Of a stretch of 43,669 nt of DNA, positions 22,067 to 34,400 are shown one piece after another. Source of the stretch: Rhizaria sp. SCN 62-66 (Eukaryota); contig MEDY01000051.1 in the NCBI GenBank assembly GCA_001724265.1, positions 62,001-105,669 of the forward strand, in the 5' to 3' direction. The position numbers were made by a program, and so were the translations under genes. The notes under the pieces were generated by a model. It worked only from the letters and a program-made list of their open reading frames with translations. It was not told the DNA's origin and ran no database searches. How positions within the stretch are numbered: position 1 is the first letter of the stretch; each line of letters opens with the position of its first letter.

Positions 22067-22603
22067 GCGGCTTCCGCTGCTAGCGGCAGGGGTGCTCTTG
22101 CTCTTAATGCTGTCCTTGCGAGATGTCTTAGAAGTGCGCACATAGGTTGAGCGCACATCAGAATCAGACTCAGAGCACAAGTCGAGTTCGGAGTCGGAGA
22201 GAACGACAAGGTCACTGTCGTTCGAGATGTCGTTCTCGTCTGTCGTGTCCGTCATCCTGCGCGGGGGCTTTTGTGGCTGTTGTCGCAAAGGCCTTGCCTG
22301 GGTTGCTGAGGACGAGGATGATGATGAGGGGCGCGCATGCGAGCTCTTGATGCTTTTACTGCTGCTGCTTTGGCTGCTGTCTTTCTTGCTGCTGCGACTG
22401 GTGCTGCTGTTGTCGCCGCTGCGGGACGCCGAGAGGGAAGACACCATTCCTGAGCGTTCCTCCCTGTTCTTGCTCTTATCAGCTTTCTTGTCCTTTTTAT
22501 CACCCTTGGTAATTGACGAGGAGGAGTGGCGACTGCGAGCCGGGACATCGTCGGATTCAGACTCGCTCACGGTCTATGTTCGAGTCACCTTCGTGCGTGG
22601 CAT
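15672..22603 (-). CDS. PHD-finger + degenerate Sir2 (sirtuin) domain protein (~2263 aa if three in-frame TAGs are read through; 2 exons)
   Basis: ATG at 22603 (MPRTKVTRT*TVSESE). Exons 22603-18069 and 17928-15672 with a phase-2 intron (AT|GTACGT ... CACAG|A). In-frame TAG at 22574-22576, 21581-21583 and 16119-16121 join listed ORFs in one frame. C4HC3 PHD at 20696-20836. Sirtuin-like motifs GPGVSASTGIATF, PSFTHFF, YTENMDDLE, CNGSL, IIGSSLEAFP, INHKP, FDMQLIGDID. Stop TGA. Confidence 0.8.
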
Positions 22604-23592
22604 AATTACAGAATGTGCCCGCGCAGAGAAAGATGCTGCGACGGCTGGCTTGACAACAAATGTCAAATATGCGTCAGTAGAAGTCGATACGTTCTGCGCA
22701 GTTGATAAGGCCGAGGTGAGAAGCGGAGCGGAGGAAGGAGACCATTGTTGGTAGTGTTAACAACATTTGATTAATATAAATATATGGAAATGTCGGCGTT
22801 AAGCGTGTTGCTGTGTGATGCACTTAATGGACGGAAGCCTTGTCGAGTTTCATTCACTCCATATTCCAAGAGCTTGATAGGAATAGGATGTGGTCTGAGC
22901 GGGCGCTGGGCATCTGTTCAAATCGAGACTTTCAGCGGATACATAAGTGTAAACATTGCAGATCTAAATGATTATCTAGTATAATATAACAAGCACTACA
23001 GAAAACTTGAAACCAATTGTAAAACCCAAGTTAAAAACATTTACGTTGAGATATTCTGACAATGGATGTAGGCTGCTCGACAGTTCCTGGACTTGAAGAG
23101 ATGTGCTTCGTGATGTTCTTTCGCGACAGTTCGAATAACAACTTAAAGGAAGAGGCATTTAACACAAATATACTTAGTGGATTCGTTTTTAGACGACGCT
23201 TGTTCGTTTGATACGCTGTTTGCATATCATGATTGACTCTTGCGTTATTGCGATGCTGGTTGAGTCATCATTTGTTTATTGGTTGTTTTACTTAATCGCA
23301 TCTGACCATGCATATGGCCTTTATCCATTCTGCTCTTCAAGTCAGAATCATTTTGGAAAATGCGGTATTTACTTCTTTTATCGTGCGTTCTTCGAGTACA
23401 TCGATCGGTGCTTTTTTCGGAGGGGCATCCACTGCCCACTCCTGCGCTATCATTCACGTGCTTTGCAGCGGAAGATGAGGCAAATAACAACATTGGATGC
23501 AACACACGCACGAATATATCTCTTCACTTGTTAAATTCAGCTAGTCAAACGTACACGTAACAAACTCCTCGTATACATAACAATGTCGACAC

Positions 23593-26500
23593 TCAACGTC
23601 CAACTACGCTGGCGAGCGTCATCTGCAGCCTCTGCGTAGCCGCAATCATACTCCGCAACGTTGTCGGCTCAAGCGCATAATACGCATCGGGTGCCTCGCC
23701 CTTAGCGCACACAGCGGCAACAGTCACTCCAGTAGAGGCTCCCGCCGCACGACGCGCGTCGACGTAGCGGGTCAGGGTGCGCGACACCGACAGCTTCTGC
23801 TGAAAGATCGACTCGATCAGCGCCAAACGACGGCGCGAATCGCTCATCGAGGCCTGGGCGTTGCTCGCAGCGGGGGAGTTCGATGCGGACAGAGAGATGC
23901 GGAGCGCGGGCGCGGCGTGGCAGGCGCGCGTCAGGAGCGCGGAAGCGGCCAGGAACACAACGGGCCTGTCGCGGAACAGCTGCATCACATCGCACAGCAC
24001 CGCGCCAGCGTCAGCACTGGTGCCCACGGTGGCCTCAAATGCGGCCCGGCCGACAGCGCCGCATTCGGCAAGCGCAGTAAGCAGTGCTAAGCAGTGGCGC
24101 AGCAGCAGCGTCTGCGCGGCGTCGCGACCGCACTTGGATACCAGCTTCAGCAGCAGGCGCAGCAGCCCCTCGTCGAGCAGGAACCGGCCCACAGTCACGG
24201 GGACAAGGGCGCCGAGGCGGGCCAGCGCGCGCACAGTCGCGGTGACCGTGGGCAAGTCGCGCGCGGTGCGCAGCGCCTGGCCGAGAGCGGCGAAACGGGC
24301 GCAGAGACGCAGCGCGGGGTTGGCGCGTACGGCCGCCGAGGCGATGCGGAGGCGGGAAGCAACCTCGGAGACGCACGCCCACACCGAGCGCTTCTCGTCA
24401 TAGCCAGCAGAGTGCGCATAGCGGCTCGCGGTAGCCGCGGTGGCGGCGACGTGGGCGAGAGAGCGGCGCACGCAGCGGCCGCGCCAGGCGGACTGCAGCA
24501 CCACGGCCGCGGCCTCCCTGCGCGCGCGCAGAGCAGCGGCGGCGCGGGCACGGGTAGCAGCAGCGGCGGCAGCGGCAGCGGCCTCACGCGCCTCCTTCTC
24601 AGCGGCGGCCTTGGCGGCGGCACGGGTGCGCTCGGCCCTCACAGCGTTGGCTGCGGCGGCGGCACGACGCTCCTCTTCCTCCTCCACGAGCCGTGCGGCC
24701 TCCTCGACGAGACGGCGACGCTCGGCCTCGGCGGCGGCGGCGTGGCGGCGCGCGGCGGCCTCGGCAGCCTCTGCCGCGCGGCGCGCCGCGGCTTCCTCCT
24801 CAGCCTGCTCGCGCGCGGCCGCGTCGCGGGCAGCAGCGGCGGCGGCGGCAGCACGACGGCGCTCAAGTGCGGCGCGCTCAGCAGCCAGCGCGGCTTCGGC
24901 GTCTTCGCGATCTTTGTTCAGCGCAGCAACGCGCGCGCGCTGGGCCAAGATCGACGCGCGCATGCGGCGGCCGGTGCGGCGCGCAATCACGGCACGGAAC
25001 CAGCGCTGCACAACGACAGCAGCAGAATTGCGCACGGCAGCAAGGGCAGCGCGCTCAGCAGCGACCGCGCGGGCTGCAGCAACAGCCTTCGCTTCAGCAG
25101 CGGCCTCGGCAGCCGCTGAGGCTGCTGCCTCCTCGCGAAGGCGCTGCAGACGAAGCTGTTGCTCTGAGCGGGCAGCAGCAGCGCGCTCTTCAGCGCGCTC
25201 AGCCTCAAGGCGCTCAGCAGCCAGCTCGAGCTCGAGGGCAGAAGGGCGCGGCGGCGACGGGAGCTTGCGCGGGGTGGCGGAAGCACGCAACGCCGAGTGC
25301 AGGGCAGCGGACTTGGCCGCAGAGCGCGGTGCGGCTAGGGTGGCAGTGCGCGCGACAGGAGCAGGCGACTCAGCAGCATCCGCAGTGTGAGACCGAGAGC
25401 GAGGGGAGAAGAGAAGATTCTCATCCGTGTCGGAATCAGAGGCAACGCCACTCATGTCAAACGCGATCGGCTTGGGCTGCGACTGCACACCGTGAGCACG
25501 CTGAGCAGCGACAAACGCAACGGCAGCAGCACCATCGCCACTCTCAGCAGCGGCAGCAGTAGCCGCGGCACGCATCGCAGAGCGCGACCCGCCCCAGACA
25601 CTGGCGTCAGTCGCGTTGGGTGACGCGAACGTCGCCTGAGCGCGCGCAATGCGTTGCTGCTCGCGCTCCTGCGCCGCAATGGCCCGAGCCACGCGCGCGC
25701 GCTTCGCCCGGCGCCTGGCGAGCATCGCGCGCACGCCGCGCTGAATGACGCTCGCAGCACCGTGCTCGCGGGCCTCCTTTGCGGCTGCAGCGCACCGCAG
25801 CGCGAGGGCATCGCGCGCGGCCGCGAGATCGGCCTCAGCACTGCGGCGCGCAGCAGCCTCGCGCTCGAGCTTGGCCTCTGCGGCGGCCGCGCGGGCCTCC
25901 TGCTCCTCCAGGCGCGCTGCGTGTGCGGCGCGGGCAGCATCCGTGCGGGCGGCGGCCTCGGCGGCAGCACGGGCCTCGGCGGCCAACACACGCGCAGTAA
26001 TGGCAGCCTCGCGAGCAGCCTCCTCGGAGCTAGAAGCAGCGACAGCGGCCTCAGCAGCAGAGATAGCAGCCTCGGCAGCAGCAGCGTCTTCGCCCTCAAG
26101 CGCCTCGGTGGCGGGCTCCTCTTCAGCAGCATTGTTGCAGGGCTGCGTCACGTGAATGTCCAAGTGAGACGAAACCCCCGCATTGTTCATGGCGCGGTTG
26201 TTGACTGCAGCAGCCTGGGCGTTGACGTCCTGCAGCATACTGCGGCGAGCGCGGTCACGACTCTCGCGGTCCTTCTCGACCGCGTTCCGCCACACACGCT
26301 GCGCCTGCAGCGCGCGCAGCCGCGCATTGTGCTGGCGCTGCTCGGGCGCGAGCGTCGCCTCCCAGTCGAGCAGACGTGCAACACGGTCACCCAGTGCGCG
26401 GCGCAGAGCACGTGCGCGCCAGGCGCGCTGCAGAGTGCGCGCGGCATGGATGGCGTCACTGGCGTGGCGCATGCGCGAGAACAGACGCGCGACAAACAGG

Positions 26501-29500
26501 ATGACCACGCGCTCCGGCGGAGGCGCAGTTGTGTCACGAACAGCGACAAGCGCAGCCTCGTCATCGATCACGTTTGGAGCAGGCACAGTGGCCATCGCAG
26601 CGAGAGAGCGCAGAGACGACGGGGATTTGCACTGAGCAAACGGCGAGCGCGCAGCCATCGGTGTCGAGCTGTAGTCGGATGAATACACACCGTTGCCGTG
26701 TCCATTACGAGAAGCACGAGCAGGAGTCAGGAACGACGCAGGCTCGTTCAGCGGCGGAAACTGTCCGTTGTCATCGCCAGTGTTAGCGGTGACAAACGCT
26801 GCCACAGCGGCGCAACGTCCCGCCGCATCGAGAGGAGCAGCAAGCGCGGAGTCGGCGCACTCGGGATGCAGCAGCGCGGGCACGTCACCGCCAAGAGCAC
26901 GCAGCGCACGGTACAGGAGCGCAAAGTTGCGTGCAATGACAAGGCGCTTGTGACGCGCGAGAGGGGACTCGGTGACTGTAAGCGCGTTGTAGTCGATGGA
27001 CCCGGCCCAGGCACCCGCTCGGGGATCGTGACGCTGCGCGGCGGGTGTGGGGGGCACGTCGCTGGCAATGGCGAGGGGGTCGTTGGGGAACGCGATTTGC
27101 TGCAGAGGAAGCAAGTGAGGGTAGTAGTAGTTGATAATAAGGCAGAGGACAACGCCGTCGCTGAAGGAGCTGGTGAAGTTATCCACAATGAACGGCTTGA
27201 AGTAAGCGCTGTACAACAAAGAAGACGAAGAAGATGCACGAACACCTCCGGCAAAGCGTGCAGCAGTCTTGTGCGTGTGAGCGGCGGGGGACGCATACGC
27301 CATGCTGGCAGCGTTATCAGGGGCAGTAAGAGAGAAACCCTTGGCAGCCTCAGCCTGGAGCTTGCGGCGTGCGGCCTCAATGCCAGAAGCAGTAGGCGCA
27401 ACAAGTAGCTCACGGAGGTCAGGAAAGCGCGCAGACTGAGCCCAAACAACGGTTTGGCACCAGTGCAAAAGCAGCGAGAGCTGCGGGGACGTTAGGTACA
27501 CGGCCTCCTAAAATAACAATCGAGCAATATCAAAAGGTAGCATGATAAGAGAAAATGTGCAGAGGTAAAAGATAATGCATGTGCTATGGTGAAGGAAACT
27601 TAGGAATGGTTGTTTCGACAATAAAAACGCACCTGGTCATGCTTGAGCCTGCGCTGCGAAAAGCGTGCCCGGTTGACTTCGCGCGCAAGCTCAGCCTCGC
27701 GAAGCAGCAGCGGGAGCTCCCAGCGCAGCACAAGGCGCCAAAGAAGCGCGAGCGTGTGGGCACGGTCACCGCTAGCAACAGCTTGCGCAGGCGTCTTCTC
27801 GATCAGAAAATCGGCCTTCACGGCAGTGCGCACCAGCGTGGTCGCCGAGCCCTTCCTGCCGAGCCCGGCAGTGGCAGCGATGCGCGCATCGTCGCTATCC
27901 TCGCCCTCAGTCGCAGTGTGCAGCACGGAAAACGCGGCGGCGAGCGCCTTGAGCGCGCGCTGCACGTTGCCCTGCTTCTCATTGACGGCGTCAGCAGGAA
28001 CAACAACAGCGCGGAGCAGCGCTGCAATGCTGTCAGCCGCAGCAGCAGTCGCCTTGGCTTCACGCGCGCTCGCTGCAGCCACTGCAGTCGGGTCAGCACC
28101 GGCAGCAGTAGCAGCCGCAAGCGCCGAGGCGTTGTGGCGAAGTACGCGCGTCAGCAGGACCTGTGCAAGCTTGGCAAAGCGGATGCCAGAGGCAAGCTCA
28201 GCACACGCAGCACGCGGGGAGCGGAGCGTGAAGTCAAACGAGTCGAGCGCGGTGTGCTCGACCGTGAGTGCCACGCCGGCTGCAGTGAGCGCCGCAACGA
28301 CGCCACTTTGGGGCGCAGCGGGGTGAGTGCTGCTGTTCAGAGCGGCAGTAACAGTGTCACAGCTCGTCATGTACAACGCCGCAAAGTGAGCCACCGCCTC
28401 AGCGGACGACTGCGCACGACACACCGTGGCGGTGTCGGTGGTATTGCTCGCGCGAGCTGCGGCGACACTGCGGAGGCCAGTGATGGTCGCCGCATCGGAA
28501 CCGAGGGTCGCAGCATCACCCTTGGCGTGGACCGCGTTGCCGTCACGCGTGGTCACCGGCACAAAAAGCAGCGGCTGGCCGGTAATCATCTCGCTCCTCT
28601 TGGCAACGTCGAGCGCGAGCAGGAGCCGGAGCAGCCGCTTCACAACTGCGCGGTTGCGTGGGTGCGCGCCGTCCGAGACCTGCGCCATGACGCCGGCAAA
28701 CTCAAGCGGGCGCAGCACCCAGGCCTGTGCGAGACGCAGGCCGGGGGCCGTGGCGTCGAGCAGAGCGCGCGGGTACGCGTTGCGGGCAATGAAGTCGGCG
28801 CCAGCGAGCTCGGCGCGCGCGAGGCACGGGACGACGGCCGCTAGCCATTGCGGCGCATAGCAGGCAAGCAGAGACGCGATGTTTGCAGCGACGGCATCGT
28901 CCGAACACAGCACATGGCCATCGTCGCTGTAAAGAGCGCCGGAGTCGACGAGCGCGTCGCACGCGGCGGCGGGGACTGTGTAGAGAGGCGAGGTCAGCAG
29001 AGCGTGACCAAAGCTGAGAGCAGATGCTAAGCCGGGGTCGGTCAGGTGGCGCGCAGAAACGGGCGCAGGTGAGGACATCGGCGACGACAAAGCAAAACCA
29101 GCGCCAGAAGTCGTAGCCGCAAAGGGGTTCGCAGAATGAGCCGAGGCGTTGTCCGTATTGGAGGTCGTGTCGGAGACCGTAAGCAGCGAGTTAAGCCAGA
29201 CGCCAAAGCCGGACTCAACGCGGCCGCTGCCCTCCGCGTCGTCGCCGTCATCGATGTCAGCGTCGAGCGTGCGCGGGCGCGCCGGGCCTGCACTCGCAGA
29301 GCGCGCAGCACCGGGGCCCGCACGGGAGCCCACGGCAACGGCCTCAGCAGCGGTCTTGGCAGTGGCTGCAGCGGCGGCGGCGGCGCGCTTGGCCATCGCG
29401 ATCTTCTTGTCGGCCGCGATAAGCGCAGCAGTGTCTGCGTGCGGGCGCGCAGTGCCCGCGGTCTCCGCAGAGTCGGCGTCATCCCCATCACCGCGGGCGG

Positions 29501-30554
29501 CAGCGGGCGCGGTGCGGAGCGTCAGGAACACTGGCGCGGGCTCGGGGGCGCGGCTCGTATCCCAGCCACTCCGGGCGGGGCGAGCGCTCTTGGCGCGCTC
29601 TGTGGCAGCCGCGGTCGCAGCCTGACGCGCAACCATTGCGGCGGTCATAGCGGTGACTGTCGACGCAGCGCCGGAGGACGCGGTGGGCAGAGCTGTACGA
29701 GCAGTGTTCGAGTCGATGGAGGTCGACACGAAGCCAGTCGTGCCCAGGTTCGTGGTCGTACTACTGCTCGCGTTCTTGTCCGCCAAGGGAATAATGCTCG
29801 GCTTAGAGCGCGTCAGGAAGGAGCGCTTGTTGTCCGAAGCGTCCACAGCAGTCGTGGTGTTGCCGTTGTTAGAGTCGGCGCCCGTGGTGCTCTGCTGGCG
29901 AGCGCGAGAAGCAGCTGTCGGGGCTGTCAGTGATGACACACGGCCACCCGACGCAGACGGGGGGCGCGCAGGCGCACCGACTGCCGCCGTAGAACTGGCG
30001 GCGGCGGCAGGAGCCGAAGAAGCAGCGAGAGAGGCAGATGCCGACTTGGTGCGAGAGCCAGGCATCGGAGTGGGGGCTGCGTAAGGCACGGACACAGCGA
30101 TGCTCTTGGGACCAACAGTCAGCGTCTTGGAAACCGGAGAAAAGTCACCAGTAGCCGTCTGCGCGCCGTTACTATCATCTTCATCGTCGCTGGGAGGTAG
30201 GAGGAAGTCAACTGTGCGCGCGCACTGCTTCTTCACAACGGCATCGTTAACGACGGTGACCTGGAAGGGGACGCCAGAAGCATCAGCATCATAGCCTTCG
30301 GTCACTGCGCGGCGCACACGAGTCTTAGAACGTGGACGTGTGGGCTTAGTAAGGGTGGATGCGTCGTTATAAGCAGTATGGAGGAGGACAGAGTTGGAGG
30401 TGTCGGCCTTGACACGGGCCAGGGGCACGCGGCTCGAGCCAGGCGGAAGTGAGGCTGCCGACGCGGAAACAGGTCCGCGCACAGCCGACGTGCCTCTAGA
30501 AGAATCCACGGAACGCTTTCCGAGAGATCCGTGTGATTGCGACATGTCAGACAT
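23593..30554 (-). CDS. ASPM: ASPM/abnormal-spindle-like protein: 2 calponin-homology domains, IQ motifs, C-terminal ARM-like region (~2278 aa, 2 exons)
   Basis: Exons 30554-27633 and 27507-23593 with a phase-0 intron (CAG|GTGCGT ... TTTTAG|GAG). ASPM-type motifs GFGVWLNSLL, LLACYAPQWL, LDSFDFT...ELASGIRFAKL, GDRAHTLALLWRL, LLLHWCQTV, VDNFTSSFSDGVVLCLIINYYYP. IQ motifs LQRAWR, IQRGVR, VQRWFR, LQSAWRG. Stop TGA. Confidence 0.85.
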
Positions 30555-31468
30555 CACACGCTAGGGGCAGGAAGACGATAAAAGAAGTTTCAAGGTCGTT
30601 AATGAGCAGGTGAGTGGATCGGACCGTTGGACTTATATAACTACGAAGAACAGTCGTCAAATCGAAATTGATTACAACAACAAAGTAGAATTTACATTAA
30701 GTATATCTATCAAAAAATCAAATACGAGTAATCAGCGTTATTAATGCCGCTATCACGTTTTGATTTCAACACGTTCGAATATTATAGCCGTTGGCAGCTG
30801 ACCGACCGAGTCACCCCCAGTCTCCAAGTCAGTCGTGTGCAGACAAACTTTTGTTGCAGAGTTTTTCAGTACATAACCGATGTAGAACTATATGAAATTA
30901 AAATATGATCATAATAAATAGATGCGTTGAAGTGGCCTTGTATTGTCACATAAAAAATCGTATGTATATAGGTAGACTTGGTAGATAGCGTGTCCTGCGC
31001 AAGACACTGGGAATAGGAAAGTGCAACTGTGCACCAATCGCTGTTGTCCGATCTCATTGTGGCTAATCATCAAACGTCCATGCCAAAAATTGGCATCGAC
31101 ATTGTGTTTAAGTCGTGCTCCCACCGCGGTCATCGCCGTTTGAACTCTCTTAGATAGATAGGTAAGATGAGAGTTCGTGACATGCTATGAGGGCCAAGAC
31201 ACGGGCGTGACAAACAGTAGGAGACATTGAGCAACAGCATAATGCCGCAGTAGCACACACAAGGGTGCGCAAAGATTTACATGATGAGGTCCACACAAAC
31301 ATACAGCGCGTTAATACTGTAGTGCGCGTTGCACTGTGTGTTCAACTCTATCAGAACAGCCATGATTGTAGGTAAGCGACGTACGCACAGAAAAAAAATT
31401 GTAGCGAAGAAGAATGAAATTAGAAATAAAAGATGCAACGCAGACAATATAAGATATCAAACTACTAT

Positions 31469-34400
31469 TTAGAACTTAGCGACCAGCGACACAGGGTTCA
31501 GCTTGGCCAGAATGGGGATATCGGCGATCATGTTGCGGCGCGAGCCAGCCTTGACGACGGGCGGCTGCTTGCGGAGCGCAGAGATACGGCCGATAAGGCA
31601 CTCGAGGGGCTCCTCACGCTGGAACGCGGGGCAGAGCTCGAGGGCCTCGCCGGACGAGGTCTCCTTGCCGAAGGTGAGAGCGACGTTCTTCTTGCTCTCC
31701 TTGGAGGCGGCGCGGACAACGCCGAGCTGCTTGAGCACGGTGAAGGCGTTGTCAAGCGTCTCCTTGGAGCACGACTCGAAGAAGGACAGCATCGACTCGT
31801 GGTAGAGCGTGGTGGCGAGCCACTGCGTCTGCGTCACGAGCAGGTCGCGCGCGATCGAGCGCGAGGGCTGCAGCGTGTAGAGCATCGTCGACGCCGTGTA
31901 GAACGAGTCGACAAAGGGCCAGAGCAGCGAGCACATGAACGAGAAGTGGGCCTCGCCGGTGGACGCGACGACGACGCGGGCGCCGTCGGCCGAGAGGGTG
32001 ACGATGCCCATCTCCTGCATGCGCGCGAGCGTCGCGACGTGGTCCTCGGGCTCGTCGGGGTTCTCCTTGATCACGAACTCGGACTGGAGCAGCGCGTGCA
32101 GGAAGCCGACCTCCTTAAGCGCGGCCGCGACCTCGACGGGCGACTCGTGCAGCGGGCCGTCGCACTTGGACAGCGCGTAGATGACCACGCACCAAAGTGC
32201 CTCGCGGTAGAAGTAGTGCACAAGACGGTTCTTGTACTGGCCCAGCACGAGCATGTTGTTGTACTCGTTGCGCGCCGTGATGGCGGGCTCGAACACGTTG
32301 CGGTTCTGCTTGCGCAGCACGTCCGAGAGGTACGACACGGCCTGCTCCATGACGGACTCGCGTGACTCCATCTCAAAGCCGAAGGTGGCGCCGCCGCGGA
32401 GCTCGACCTCCTTGGCGACCCAGACCAGCTTGGCCTGCAACTGAGCCGCCGTGATGCCCTGGCGGTACTGCAGCATCAACGTCGCCGCGATGTGCACTGG
32501 CATCGTCTCGATGTTGAGCGCGAGCTCGTGCAGCACGTGGTGCGCCATCGAGCGGATGCGGTACTTTTTGTCCGTGAGCTGCGTCGCAACCGTGGCGGCG
32601 ACGGCCGAGATCTCGGCCGCGGTGGCCGAGGGCGCGGCGACGAGCGCCTGATGCGCAATCGACATCGACAGGCGCTGCACCGTGGCCGGGACGGCGACCT
32701 TGGCGGCGAAGTCGGCGGACCACTGCTTCATTGAGAAGGGCTTGCCGCAGATGAGCGTGGTGCGGCCGAAGTTGGAGTTAAGCACCTGGCGCGCGCGGAC
32801 GAGCGACGAGAGCGACTCCTTGATCTTGCGCTCGCCGGAGAGCTCGGAGGCGTACATGTTGCCCTCCATGATCTTCTCGTAGTTGATCGTGAGGGGCACG
32901 ATGGTCACGTCCTTGACGATGCCCTTCTCAACGGCGTTGTTGACGAACGTGAGGAGGCCCATCTTGGGCTGCAGCATCTTGCCGGAGCGCGAGCGCGTGC
33001 CCTCGATGAAGAACTCGAGCGACTGACCGTCGGCGAGCAGCAGCTCGATGTAGCGCTGCAGGATCGCAGAGTACAGCTTGTCCTGAAGCACACGGATAAA
33101 AATGAAAGAATGGAATTGACGGTGTGAGTTGAAATGCGGTGCGTAAGGAAAAGGTGCGAGCCAGGTGGGCTTGTGAAACAGAGCTTAGTGCTGAGAGAAT
33201 CAGTAAAAAAAAGTATGTTCGCTTCATCCGACACCAACGGCCCTGCGGCTATCGATGCCTCCGATTGACGTGCAAATGTAACTTTTGATCATCACACAAA
33301 CATTACTAAACAACAACGAGCGATACCCAACATATGAGAGATGAATACATACCTTGGCAAAGGAGCGGCGCATGAAGAAGGCGCCGGACTTGCGGAAGAG
33401 CCAGCGCACGGCGAGAATGCCGAGGAAGTCCTCGCCAGCGGCGATGAAGGGCACGGGCAGCTGCAGCAGGAAGGCGGCGTACGATACGAGGAGGAAGTCG
33501 ATGTAGGAGCGGTGCGTGGGGAGGTAGATGATGGGGCCGTCCTTGGCGGCGTCGGTGACCTCGGAGAGGTGCTGGCGCGCGACGTACACGCCCTCATACA
33601 CGCGGCGCCACACCTTGCGGAAGAACCAGCCCATGCTGGCCACGACCTGCTCGCTGGGCTCGGCGAACATGCTCTTGAGGATAGAGTTGGCGCGCGCGTT
33701 GGCGATGTCGGTGGGGGTCTGCAGCTTGAGCTTCTTCTTGGGGACGGTGCGCGTGATGTGCGCGATTTCGGCGTCGAGCGCTGCGATGACCTCGGGCGAC
33801 TCGAGCACCAGGCGCATCAGCTCCGACGCGGGGCGGGCCTTGGGGTACAGGGCCTTCTCCATGCGTTCGGTGATCGCACGCTAGAGTGGGACACGCGAAA
33901 AAGAAAAGGAGACATTAATGTGGTGAGATCGTGTTCAAATACATACATTTTTGCGGAGTGCGAGAGGACCTGTAAAGGTATGTTGTAGAATTGGAATGTC
34001 TGGGCATCTCGGCACACCGACGTTATTGAAAAAACGCCAGCGTTTCCTATATCCGCTCAAGTACTTTTTAGCATCAACCCGGCACGACTAACCCCTTAGT
34101 CTAGGAAAGTCGCGTGGCAAAGGGACGTGCAGATATGACATTAGGTGAAAGAGCTTGACCGTAACTGCGTACTGTTCCAAGATCTCCAGCTTCATGCACA
34201 TGGTAGAAATAAGATAACTGCAAGGTTACGTACGCGAACGACGTCGAGGTCGGGGAAGAGCTTGTACGACGTGGTGTGACGGAAGGGGTTGAGGATGTCG
34301 TGAGAGATGCAGAAGTGCTTCATGTCGCGCTGCTTGATGGGCAGCAGAGGCGACTTCATGGTGTAGCGCATGAGACCAAAGCAGAAGAGCTCGGAGTAGC

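Noticed and set aside
7271-22603. Pseudogene or sequencing-error explanation for the in-frame stops
   Set aside because: All five are TAG, with no internal TAA/TGA or frameshifts over about 9 kb of coding sequence, and splice sites and the PHD finger are intact. Read-level checking is still needed to exclude error formally.
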